Source: Candidatus Auribacter fodinae
GTDB lineage: Bacteria; Auribacterota; Auribacteria; Auribacterales; Auribacteraceae
Length of the DNA: 64,000 nt
Reading direction: 5' to 3'
Assembly (NCBI GenBank): GCA_003599815.1
Contig: QZJZ01000005.1
Coordinates: 33,410-97,409 of the forward strand
Positions 18,485-27,670 of this stretch are shown in pieces. Numbering within the stretch: position 1 is the first letter of the stretch; each line of letters starts with the position of its first letter. The notes below the pieces were generated by a model. That model was not told the DNA's origin and did no database searches. It saw nothing but the letters and a program-made list of their open reading frames with translations. Made by a program: the position numbers and the translations under genes.

Positions 18485-21160
18485 TCAGACGCCGATAACT
18501 CTGGCTACTTCTTCCGATAACTGGTTTATCATGTAAGGTTTCTGAACGTATCCGCTGGCGCCGTTGTTGAGTATTTCCTGCGCTTTGCCGTCTTTGCCGT
18601 ATCCGGTGGATAGGATAGCCTTTACGCCCGGATTGATTTTTTTCATCGCGTCGAAACAGTCCTTGCCGTTTATTTCCGGCATAACCATGTCAAGGAGTAC
18701 GAGGTCGATTTCATCAGCGTGCTCTTGGTAATACTCCAGCGCTTCTTTTGCGTTGGAAAAGCTGACGACTGTATAGCCGATATACTGGAGCATCTCGCAG
18801 GCAACTTCACGCACGAACTTTTCGTCGTCGACGATAAGTATTGTGCCTGATCCCGATACGATACCTTCAGACGTGTTAGCCCGAGCTGTTTCCTTCGCCG
18901 CCGGGGCGACAGGGAAATAGAGTTTGAATACGGATCCTTCGCCGGGTTCGCTGTACACAGATATCGAACCGCCGTGGTTTCGTACGATACCGTATACCAT
19001 AGCCAGTCCCATGCCCGTGCCTTCACCTTGTTTTTTTGTGGTGAAGAACGGCTCGAAAATGCGTTGCTGGATTTCTTTGCTCATGCCGCATCCGGTATCT
19101 GATACGGATAGTACGAGAAAGTCGCCTTTTATCGCGCCGGGATGGCGTTTGCAGTATTCGCTGGTCAGGGTAACGTTTTCGGTTGAAAACACCAGTTCTC
19201 CGCCGTCCGGCATGGCGTGCTGTGCGTTGAGCGACAGATTGATGAGGATTTGCTGAATCTGGCCCGGGTCACCAAGTATTGCCGGCCGGGTTGCTCGAAG
19301 GTCGCTGGACATGACGACTTTTTTATCGACGGTGCGCGCCATAAGTGTCACCGCTTCCTTGATACTCTCGTTCATATCCACGGTTACGATCTGGAATTTG
19401 CCTTTGCGGGCGAATCCGAGAAGCTGTTGAGTCAGGTCGCGGGCCCGTTTCGCGGCATTCTCGATGGTCTGAGCGGAGCGGTAAACGGTTTCTTCCGGTT
19501 TTGTGGTCATGGTGATAAGGTTGGCGTATCCGAGTATTCCGGTCAGAATATTGTTGAAGTCGTGAGCGACGCCGCCGGCAAGCTGTCCGATGGCTTCCAG
19601 CTTTTGCGCCTGTGTGAGCTGTTCTTCAAGCGCTTTGAGCCGCGCAATGTCGGTAATTACATTTGCGAGGTATAGAGGTTCGTTCTGGTTGTTATAGATA
19701 ATGAAGCTGTTCTGAATGGTGGGTATGACTCTGCCGCTGATCGATTTGATATTCACTTCGCCAGTCCATTGCCCCTGTTCCAGTGTAACGGGTATGATTT
19801 CGTTTTCAAGAAGAGCGAGTTCGTTTTCATCGTAGAAACAGCGGATATTTTTGCCCATGAGTTCAGCGGTAACCACCGCGTCAAGCATTTCAACCATCGC
19901 GGGATTGCAGTAGGTGATAGTGCCGTTCAGTTCAGCCATCCTGAATCCGACAGTGGACAGTTCAGCGAACTTTTTGAATATGGCGAGCTGTTCTTCGGTT
20001 TTTGCCCGTTCGGTGATTTCCTGTTGCAGGTGTATATTGCTTGCATTCAGCTCCTGTGTCCGCTCGGCGACCAGTTCTTCAAGGTTATCCCTGTGCTGTT
20101 TCAGGCTGTTCTGTGATTCAGTGAGGTCTTCCAGCAGAGTGTTGAACGATCGTGCGAGTGTCTTGAACTCCTGATATTTTATGCGCGATTCATTGATTGA
20201 CGAGCATGAAGGATCCTGAGCGATAGCAGACGCCTGATCCGCCATAGCCCGCAGTGGTTCGCTCATTCGTGTAGCTATCAATGAGGCGACCAGCAGGCTC
20301 AGGATAATTACCACTGTGCCCAGCCCGGCGAATACCAACGTAAGGTGCCTTCGTTTCGCGTAGAGCGGTTCATTTGACGCGGCGTATACTACCCCGGGAA
20401 AATTACGTACCGGAATGAATACGGAATTGCGATTTGCCAGATGTGAATCTAACTCGTTGTCGTCAATACTGTTGAAATTTTTAAGCATTCGCCGGCTGAA
20501 AACGCTCTTGAGATGCGTATTTGTTTTGAGGTCGCGAATGGTATCGTTGTTTTTGTGAAGCAGTGACGCGTCATGTTTTTCTTCAAATTTTTGCCAGAAC
20601 TCCTGATCCTCCGCGATAACATATACGGCGAATGCCATGCCGAGGATGGAATCTTTCTGCATGATGGGTATGGAGTACAGGCTGATATACTTACCGTGGC
20701 ACTGGTGAAACTCTTTTTTAGACAAATTGTTATTGGATAGATTTTTTAAACACTTTGAAACGTTGCTTAAATGTTCCGGTATTTCCGGGATAAAGCGGTT
20801 GAAAGACGGTTCGTGGACAAAAAAGTAGATTCCATTGTGAGGATGGTACTGTTTTTCCAGTTGCTCTTCAACTTGCTGTTTCATGCCGAGCAGGAGGCTT
20901 ACCTTGATGGAGTTGTCAAACGCGAGGTTGCGAAGCTGGGTGTCGATCAGGTTGGTCTTTGTTTGGAGAACAATACTGATGTCGGATTCGTCAAGATGCA
21001 GTTTTTTATGGAAATCGCTGGATATGCTCTGGCTCAGTATTCCGTACAGAATGCCGAATATGAGGGCGAGAGTGATAGCGACGAACGTCACCATTACGCC
21101 TATCAGGTATGATGAGAATTTCTGGTTATGAGTGTTGTTAGGCATATCCGTATTCCGCAA
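18485..21160 (-). CDS. Hybrid sensor histidine kinase / response regulator with periplasmic sensor domain, HAMP, PAS, HisKA, HATPase and REC
   Basis: Two TM segments flank a ~230-aa periplasmic region. H-box GVAHDFNNILTGILGY, then N/G boxes. C-terminal ILIVDDEKFV...DLVLLDMVMP is a receiver domain. Confidence 0.9.
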   Translation of the reverse strand: MRNTDMPNNTHNQKFSSYLIGVMVTFVAITLALIFGILYGILSQSISSDFHKKLHLDESDISIVLQTKTNLIDTQLRNLAFDNSIKVSLLLGMKQQVEEQLEKQYHPHNGIYFFVHEPSFNRFIPEIPEHLSNVSKCLKNLSNNNLSKKEFHQCHGKYISLYSIPIMQKDSILGMAFAVYVIAEDQEFWQKFEEKHDASLLHKNNDTIRDLKTNTHLKSVFSRRMLKNFNSIDDNELDSHLANRNSVFIPVRNFPGVVYAASNEPLYAKRRHLTLVFAGLGTVVIILSLLVASLIATRMSEPLRAMADQASAIAQDPSCSSINESRIKYQEFKTLARSFNTLLEDLTESQNSLKQHRDNLEELVAERTQELNASNIHLQQEITERAKTEEQLAIFKKFAELSTVGFRMAELNGTITYCNPAMVEMLDAVVTAELMGKNIRCFYDENELALLENEIIPVTLEQGQWTGEVNIKSISGRVIPTIQNSFIIYNNQNEPLYLANVITDIARLKALEEQLTQAQKLEAIGQLAGGVAHDFNNILTGILGYANLITMTTKPEETVYRSAQTIENAAKRARDLTQQLLGFARKGKFQIVTVDMNESIKEAVTLMARTVDKKVVMSSDLRATRPAILGDPGQIQQILINLSLNAQHAMPDGGELVFSTENVTLTSEYCKRHPGAIKGDFLVLSVSDTGCGMSKEIQQRIFEPFFTTKKQGEGTGMGLAMVYGIVRNHGGSISVYSEPGEGSVFKLYFPVAPAAKETARANTSEGIVSGSGTILIVDDEKFVREVACEMLQYIGYTVVSFSNAKEALEYYQEHADEIDLVLLDMVMPEINGKDCFDAMKKINPGVKAILSTGYGKDGKAQEILNNGASGYVQKPYMINQLSEEVARVIGV

Positions 21161-22213
21161 TTATTGCGCTATTTCATCCGCGGCAAGAAGAATTGCCTGC
21201 GGGATGGTTATGTTGAGCGTTTTCGCGCGTGTTATGTTAAATGCCAGAGCGTACCGTTCAGCGTCTTCGATGGGGATGGATCCTGCCGAAGTGCCGCTCA
21301 GTATTTTTGCCGCCATGTTTCCTGCCTGTTCACCCATGGCGAAAAAGTCCACAGCCGCGCCTCCGAACAGGCCGAGCCGGGTAAACGCATAATTCAGAGC
21401 CATTTCCGGTTTTGTGGAATGTTTTGTGGTCCATTCAAATATCTGGGGTGCGGTATAGGTGTTCCCATCATTGTCTTTAAGCAACAGAGCAACAGGGTAT
21501 ATCACGCCTACGCTCGGGTCACTGTTGGCGCGGAATATTTCTTCCTGATACTCTTCGAATGATCTGACGATGACCATATCGTAATCGGATGTTACGGCTT
21601 CAGATGTCAGTTCAATCTCAATCTGTTTGGTTATTGCTTTGCCGGTAGGAGATTCGTCTACCAGAATCTTAACTGTTTTCAGTCCCGGAAGTATGCGGGA
21701 ATGGACTCGAATAGCGTCAGCGACGTGCAGTTTTTCATAGATACCTGTAATATTATGCCCGGGAACGGTGCGTGATTCAATACATGGTTTTTGCGCATGA
21801 TAATCCTCAGGCTGGGCGTTCATCCCGCAGAAAACCACGGCAATATCCGTGTCTGCAAGTTCCATGCCTACCGTCCTGAACGCGTTATCGTCGAGGGTTA
21901 CCAGCACATCCGGTTTGAAGGCGGCAATCAGTTCTATTGCCCTGTCCGCCTGCTGTTGTATCAGATCAGGTGTGTTGTTGGTAGTTTTCGTGTCCATGTA
22001 ATACGTTTGCAGTTCGAGGTTTTGCCCTTCGACAAAGCCTGCGCTCGCCAGCGCCTTGACAATGCCGTCGTGCTGGGGTTGACCGCATACGTGATTCTCT
22101 TCATAACTGTGGAGTATAAATATCTTATGCGATTCATCAGAAAAAGCCGCAACTGGAATAAGCAGTACAGATACAAGCGCGATGAGCGGTATGGTACGGA
22201 AACAGTTCTGCAT
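21161..22213 (-). CDS. Periplasmic substrate-binding protein, ABC-type 'uncharacterised transport system' SBP (PF04392-like)
   Basis: Signal peptide. The gene abuts the hybrid kinase start with no gap: stop at 21161, kinase start at 21160. Confidence 0.55.
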   Translation of the reverse strand: MQNCFRTIPLIALVSVLLIPVAAFSDESHKIFILHSYEENHVCGQPQHDGIVKALASAGFVEGQNLELQTYYMDTKTTNNTPDLIQQQADRAIELIAAFKPDVLVTLDDNAFRTVGMELADTDIAVVFCGMNAQPEDYHAQKPCIESRTVPGHNITGIYEKLHVADAIRVHSRILPGLKTVKILVDESPTGKAITKQIEIELTSEAVTSDYDMVIVRSFEEYQEEIFRANSDPSVGVIYPVALLLKDNDGNTYTAPQIFEWTTKHSTKPEMALNYAFTRLGLFGGAAVDFFAMGEQAGNMAAKILSGTSAGSIPIEDAERYALAFNITRAKTLNITIPQAILLAADEIAQ

Positions 22214-22660
22214 ACTTTACCTTTACATTGATTGGTATGAGGTTTAATACAAATGGTTACTATGATAAATATCGGCTTGAAATGGGGAATTTTTACTGAA
22301 AAAATCAAGCGGTTCTTTCAAAAGAGTGCCTGTTGTAACGATATTTAATGAGACCGTAAAAGTATATGGCGCGCCGTGTTTGCTTCAGGACTGGAGATCT
22401 ATTCATCAGCCGGAATAGATATTGCTCTGCAAGTGAGAGGAAAACAGGCTTGAATTTGATGAAAAATACTTTATTAAGTAGAGTTTCGATAAAAAATGGT
22501 TGTGTATGCAATATCTGGAATATGTCAAATTGATTTTTTACGGTTTTATGCTTGTTTCTGACCTGACTAAGGAGTACAAACCATTATTTTATTGACGATC
22601 CATCCCGGCATCAATAGAATAAACATTATTTTTTTCTTATTTATTCATTGGAGACACATT

Positions 22661-23530
22661 ATGCAAAGAACTGGAATGCCCAGAAGAAAAACATCTAACG
22701 TATCAATGCTGACAGTGGAACGTTACGAGAAAACACGCCAGATGCCGCAGTATGAGGAACTGGAAAAATATTCGCAGTCGTTTGTTGAGAACACCCGTGA
22801 GATAATGGCTGATTATGAGTGGAGCAAAGACCCATTTCATGCGTGGAGCAGGGGATTTGAATACACCTATGTATGGAACGAGATCAGCCGCCGGGCGCGG
22901 CAGAGATCCGCATACATAGCCGACCTTGGCGGCGGGGTTACGTTTTTCCCTTTTTTCCTCAATTCCAAAGGGCATAATGTTGACGTATACGACCTGAACA
23001 CTCATTACCTGAAAAAATATCACCAGATATCAGGCTTGCTGAAAGAAACCGTCCGGTTTTATCCGCGTTCGCTCGATTTTATGGATAAAACACGCCTATA
23101 TGATTACCTCGCATGCATCTCCGTGATCGAACACATCCCGATCAGCCAGTACCCTGACATAGTCCGCGGCATTTTTAATATGCTGAGGCCGGGAGGCGCG
23201 TTTTTCTTCACTCTTGACCTCTACCAGCACAAAGGTACGAATGGGGTAGAAGCCTTTCTTGACGAGCTGAACCATGTGTTCGGGTCACATATGTCGATCG
23301 AGTTTGTCCATTACGACGCGAATGAGCACGTCACGCCCCGGTATGTCAGTGACAAATACGGTTGCGCAGACCGGTTTTCGCTGAGCCTGAGAAAAATGCT
23401 CTTTTTCCTGAAAAACGGCCGTATGCCTGAGAAATACCCGAAAATCAACATCGTATACGGGTTCGTGGAGAAAAAGCCGAACCGAAGGCGTCAGCGACGG
23501 CGTCCGCCCCGGTCCCAGCAGGCTGAATGA
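22661..23530 (+). CDS. Class-I SAM-dependent methyltransferase with basic C-terminal tail
   Basis: DLGGGVTFFPFFL (motif I) and ISVIEHIP...LRPGGAFFF. RBS GGAGA 7 nt before ATG 22661. C-terminus NRRRQRRRPPRSQQAE. Confidence 0.6.
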   Translation: MQRTGMPRRKTSNVSMLTVERYEKTRQMPQYEELEKYSQSFVENTREIMADYEWSKDPFHAWSRGFEYTYVWNEISRRARQRSAYIADLGGGVTFFPFFLNSKGHNVDVYDLNTHYLKKYHQISGLLKETVRFYPRSLDFMDKTRLYDYLACISVIEHIPISQYPDIVRGIFNMLRPGGAFFFTLDLYQHKGTNGVEAFLDELNHVFGSHMSIEFVHYDANEHVTPRYVSDKYGCADRFSLSLRKMLFFLKNGRMPEKYPKINIVYGFVEKKPNRRRQRRRPPRSQQAE

Positions 23531-23645
23531 AACGGGTTTACAGTACTCGCAATCTGTTTTTTCAAAGCCGTGAATGTTGCGCCGCACCCGAATTCTGGGG
23601 CGCTGTAGCGGCTGATAACCATAACTGTTCAGCGCTAAGCTTCTT

Positions 23646-24950
23646 ATGGGATTGACTACCGGAGAGAAACATTTATTAAAAAAACGGCTGATAAACGATT
23701 CACTGTTTATGTATATAAGCAATGTTATCAGCCTCGGCAGTAAGTTCATACTGACTGTCCTGCTTGCCCGTTACATTGGGCCTGAAGAGTTTGGTGTCTT
23801 ACAGCTTGCCATTACCGCCGTATCGTTCATATCACTATTTCTCGACCTGAAAACCGATGACGCGGTCATCAAATTCGTATCGGAATACATCACGTCCGGC
23901 GACCGTCCCCGCGTCAAGGCTATTGCTGTGATCAGTTATGTGTCTAATGCCGTATTAGGTGTTGTCTGCATGGTTGTTATATATTTCCTCGCGCCAGTTG
24001 CGGCTGAACGGGTACTGCACCGGGGCGATTCAACCGATCTGATACTGATTTATACATTTGGTACAGTAGTTTCGTATATAGGCCGTACATCAGCCGCTAT
24101 TATCCAGGGAACCAAACGGTTCAAGCTGATTACCGCGCTGTCCATACCGTCTTCTGTCCTGAAATGTGCTATGCCGTGTGTTCTTATCCCGTTCGGAATG
24201 AAAGCGATAATGTGGGGCTACGCCATTCCTATGGCGGTGTATGCCGCCGCAAGTACCGCGATTGTATTCTGGATATTGCGGGGGACGTTTGCCAAGCGCG
24301 CAGGTTGGAACCTGATTAAAGAGGAAACGCGCAAAGGTGCGTATTATGTGTTTCACAGTTCGTTGTCCTCTACTTTTAAATCGTTTATCGTGTATATAGA
24401 CGTGCTGATACTCGGTTTTTTTCGCGGGCCTGAGGAAGTTGCCTACTATAAATTCGCGCTGGCGTTCACCTCGGTATTCGGGTTTATCAGCAGTCCCATA
24501 AACGCGGTGATTTACCCGAACCTCAACTCGCTATGGCTGAAAAATGACATCGATATGTTCCGAAAAATTATTGTGAAAGTCATGCGTTACAAGATGCTTA
24601 TCATTGTTCCCGCCGCGATAGCCGCTTCTGTGTTGTCTCCGGTTATCATCAGGCTGACCGTTAAGGAAGAATTCATGCCGTCTGCGTTCGCGATACTGGT
24701 TGTTATCTGGGCTGTGCTTCTGACCAACGTTTTTTCATGGATAAAACCGGTGCTGATTATCTGGCAGAAACCGCATATATCCACGGTCGGCAATTTCGTG
24801 ATTATGGCGGCAATGTCCGCGTTATCGTTTATTCTTGTGCCTGCCTATGGCTTTAAGGGGTCGGCGGTCACGTATCTTCTTTCCTATTCATTCGGCATCG
24901 GGCTGATGCTTTTTTATGTGTACAGGTACTACCGCCGATTCTATTCCTGA
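23646..24950 (+). CDS. wzx: Wzx-type polysaccharide flippase (MOP/PST family)
   Basis: 434 aa, about 12 TM segments. N-terminal LKKRLINDSLFMYISNVISLGSKFI is typical of Polysacc_synt. Confidence 0.75.
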   Translation: MGLTTGEKHLLKKRLINDSLFMYISNVISLGSKFILTVLLARYIGPEEFGVLQLAITAVSFISLFLDLKTDDAVIKFVSEYITSGDRPRVKAIAVISYVSNAVLGVVCMVVIYFLAPVAAERVLHRGDSTDLILIYTFGTVVSYIGRTSAAIIQGTKRFKLITALSIPSSVLKCAMPCVLIPFGMKAIMWGYAIPMAVYAAASTAIVFWILRGTFAKRAGWNLIKEETRKGAYYVFHSSLSSTFKSFIVYIDVLILGFFRGPEEVAYYKFALAFTSVFGFISSPINAVIYPNLNSLWLKNDIDMFRKIIVKVMRYKMLIIVPAAIAASVLSPVIIRLTVKEEFMPSAFAILVVIWAVLLTNVFSWIKPVLIIWQKPHISTVGNFVIMAAMSALSFILVPAYGFKGSAVTYLLSYSFGIGLMLFYVYRYYRRFYS

Positions 24951-25017
24951 GCAGATGCAAAAAAGGCTCAATCATCACTGAATGAGCCTCATTTGCGGTT
25001 ATATACAAGGTAGAATA

Positions 25018-25884
25018 TCAACCGAATCGCCCGGTAACGTAATCCGATGTTTCCTGGCAGTGAGGCGCCTGAAAGATGGTACCTGTCGGTCCGTATTCGA
25101 TGAGCCGTCCAAGATACATGAACGCCGTGTAATCGCTGGTGCGTGCCGCCTGCTGCATATTATGAGTTACCATGAGGATGGTGTACTCGCCTCGCATGGC
25201 GTCTATCAAATCTTCTATTTTGTTGGTAGCGATCGGGTCAAGAGCGGAACAGGGCTCGTCCATGAGGAGCACTTCCGGTTCCGCGGCTATGGCGCGGGCG
25301 ATGCATAATCGCTGCTGTTGTCCGCCGGAGATGGCAAGCGCGCTGTCGTTCAGGCGGTCTTTGACCTCTTCCCAGAGAGCCGCGCCTCTAAGGCTTTTTT
25401 CGCATACTTCAGCCAGCACATTTTTATTGCGTTCTCCGTCAATACGGAGCGGATACACGACATTTTCAAATATGGTCATGGGAAACGGGTTAGGTTTCTG
25501 AAACACCATGCCCATCCGTTTGCGCAGTTCGATGACGTCGACTGCGGGGTCGTAGATAGGGTCGTCGTTCAGGTACATATTTCCTTCAATCCGCACGATG
25601 CTGAGCAGGTCGTTAATACGGTTGACGGAGCGGAGCAGAGTGGATTTCCCACACCCTGAAGGGCCGATGAGCGACGTTACCTTTCCTTTTGGTATTTTAA
25701 TGTTTATATCGAAAAGAGCTTGTTTCGCGCCGTAGAAAAGATTGAACTCCTTCACATCGAGGGTGATATCCTCGTTGTTTATCTCGGCGTGGGTCTCTGT
25801 AACGATCCGTTCGCCTTTAGCTATCGACTCAAAAAAGTTGCCTTTTCTGAGCCCTGGTTTGTTCTTCATGATTGCCTCTGTCAT
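25018..25884 (-). CDS. pstB: Phosphate ABC transporter ATP-binding protein PstB
   Basis: Walker [10 protein letters not shown], signature SGGQQQRL, Walker B LLMDEP, and PstB-type C-terminus. Confidence 0.9.
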   Translation of the reverse strand: MTEAIMKNKPGLRKGNFFESIAKGERIVTETHAEINNEDITLDVKEFNLFYGAKQALFDINIKIPKGKVTSLIGPSGCGKSTLLRSVNRINDLLSIVRIEGNMYLNDDPIYDPAVDVIELRKRMGMVFQKPNPFPMTIFENVVYPLRIDGERNKNVLAEVCEKSLRGAALWEEVKDRLNDSALAISGGQQQRLCIARAIAAEPEVLLMDEPCSALDPIATNKIEDLIDAMRGEYTILMVTHNMQQAARTSDYTAFMYLGRLIEYGPTGTIFQAPHCQETSDYVTGRFG

Positions 25885-25903
25885 TATGGTATACTCTCTC
25901 CAC

Positions 25904-27670
25904 TTAAAACTTTGCTGATACAAACTTTTTGCGCAGTTTTCTACGTAACTTGACCGCGAGCATATTCAGTATAAAAACGATGGTTATAAGCAGTAATGTA
26001 GTGGTAAACACCATTGGTTTTGCCGCCTCGCTGTTCTGGCTCTGGAATCCCAGGTCATATATATGAAACCCCAGATGCATAAAGCTTCGTTCAAGATGAA
26101 CAAACGGGAACATTCCGTCTACTGGAAGTTCCGGCGCGAGTTTTACCGCTCCGACAAGCATCAGCGGCGCCACTTCGCCCGCTCCGCGCGCCATGGCAAG
26201 GATCATGCCGGTCATGATGCCGGGCATAGCTCTTGGCAGAACAATCCGCCAGATGGTCTGCCATTTGCCTGCGCCGCATGCGTATGACCCTTCGCGCATA
26301 GAGTTCGGTACTGCGGATAACGCTTCTTCGGTCGCCACAATTACCACAGGCAGTGTCATCAGCGCCAGTGTCATCGATGCCCACAGGATGCCTCCTTTAC
26401 CAAAAGTAGGGTTAGGCAGGCGTGCGGCAAAAAAGATATCATCAATCGATGCGCCGACCATATAACAGAAAAAACCGAGCCCGAACACACCGAACACAAT
26501 GCTCGGCACTCCGGCAAGGTTGTTGATAGAAATACGAATCGTGCTGACTACAAGCCCACCTTTGGCGTATTCGCGTAAATATAACGCCGCCATAACACCG
26601 AACGGCACGACAGCCAACGACATGATAACAGTCATGACCACCGTTCCGAATATGGCGGGAAAGACACCGCCTTCGCTGTTTGCCTCGCGGGGCTCATCAA
26701 AAAGGAACTCGTGCCATCGCGAAAGATATATGTTCATGCGGTCGAAAAAAGTCAGTGAGTTGGCCGGGTACATGCGGACAATATCTGCCAGTGGAATGAT
26801 TTTTTCTTTATTGTCAGCGGTTGTGAACCTGATCTTATATTTATCATTTTCTTCTTTCAGTGAGTTTATTTCTGTGCGTATATCCTCGTACGCGCTTTGT
26901 GATCTGGCATGAAAGGATTTAAAGTGATCGTTCTGTGTGTTCCACTGCTCGGATTCGATACCGAATTTCAGTTCCTTTTCGCGCAGTTTCAGGCGCTCTT
27001 TTTCCTCATAAAAATTTATTTTGCCGATTTCATGGGTTTCCAGTTTGCGCTGTGTACGCCATCTCTTGCGGACTTCTTTGTGGTGTTTGTTGAATGTTTC
27101 CCAGATCTGGTTGTCGTCCTGAGCGATAACTTCGCCGTTATAAAGAAATGCTGAGGGGAATCCGTAAAACCGTCCCCATGATGTACGTTCAACAACACAT
27201 GCCTGCTCTGGCGTGGTATGCTCTCGGACATCATACTCATTTACCCAATTATAATGTTCGCCGGAAAGGTCGAAATTGCCGGTACGCACCAGCATTCGTT
27301 TGGCGATGCCGTTGTGCTTCTCAAAGTAGGCGACTGCGTCGGAATTGACTTTTTCCTGGTGCTGGTGCAGTTCTGATTTTGCCGGGTTGAAATGTTCTAC
27401 GCGGGTAATTTCGCCCATATATGGTTTGTTGTCGTATGTGACAAACAAATCTACCGGTTTTGGCCAAAGTGTATTGATACCGTTGATAACAATCAGCGTC
27501 ATCAGCCCGGCGATCATCATTAAAGATACCACAAGCCCGCCGCCGGTAAGCCATATCATCGGTTCTCCCTGCGCGAAGAGCGATGCTTTTGCTCGTTGAC
27601 GGCTTGACCGTTTAAAGGAATTTTTCTTTTTTGATTCTGTTGATTTCTGGACAGCGGCATCTGTTTTCAT
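25904..27670 (-). CDS. pstA: Phosphate ABC transporter permease PstA, long form (588 aa)
   Basis: C-terminal permease core with the EAA-like loop ([16 protein letters not shown]). N-terminal ~300-aa extension. Confidence 0.85.
   Translation of the reverse strand: MKTDAAVQKSTESKKKNSFKRSSRQRAKASLFAQGEPMIWLTGGGLVVSLMMIAGLMTLIVINGINTLWPKPVDLFVTYDNKPYMGEITRVEHFNPAKSELHQHQEKVNSDAVAYFEKHNGIAKRMLVRTGNFDLSGEHYNWVNEYDVREHTTPEQACVVERTSWGRFYGFPSAFLYNGEVIAQDDNQIWETFNKHHKEVRKRWRTQRKLETHEIGKINFYEEKERLKLREKELKFGIESEQWNTQNDHFKSFHARSQSAYEDIRTEINSLKEENDKYKIRFTTADNKEKIIPLADIVRMYPANSLTFFDRMNIYLSRWHEFLFDEPREANSEGGVFPAIFGTVVMTVIMSLAVVPFGVMAALYLREYAKGGLVVSTIRISINNLAGVPSIVFGVFGLGFFCYMVGASIDDIFFAARLPNPTFGKGGILWASMTLALMTLPVVIVATEEALSAVPNSMREGSYACGAGKWQTIWRIVLPRAMPGIMTGMILAMARGAGEVAPLMLVGAVKLAPELPVDGMFPFVHLERSFMHLGFHIYDLGFQSQNSEAAKPMVFTTTLLLITIVFILNMLAVKLRRKLRKKFVSAKF

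Noticed and set aside
22305-22511. A 68-aa minus-strand ORF in the 22.2-22.66 kb intergenic region
   Set aside because: No RBS and a low-complexity basic sequence. More likely a non-coding promoter region for the divergent genes.
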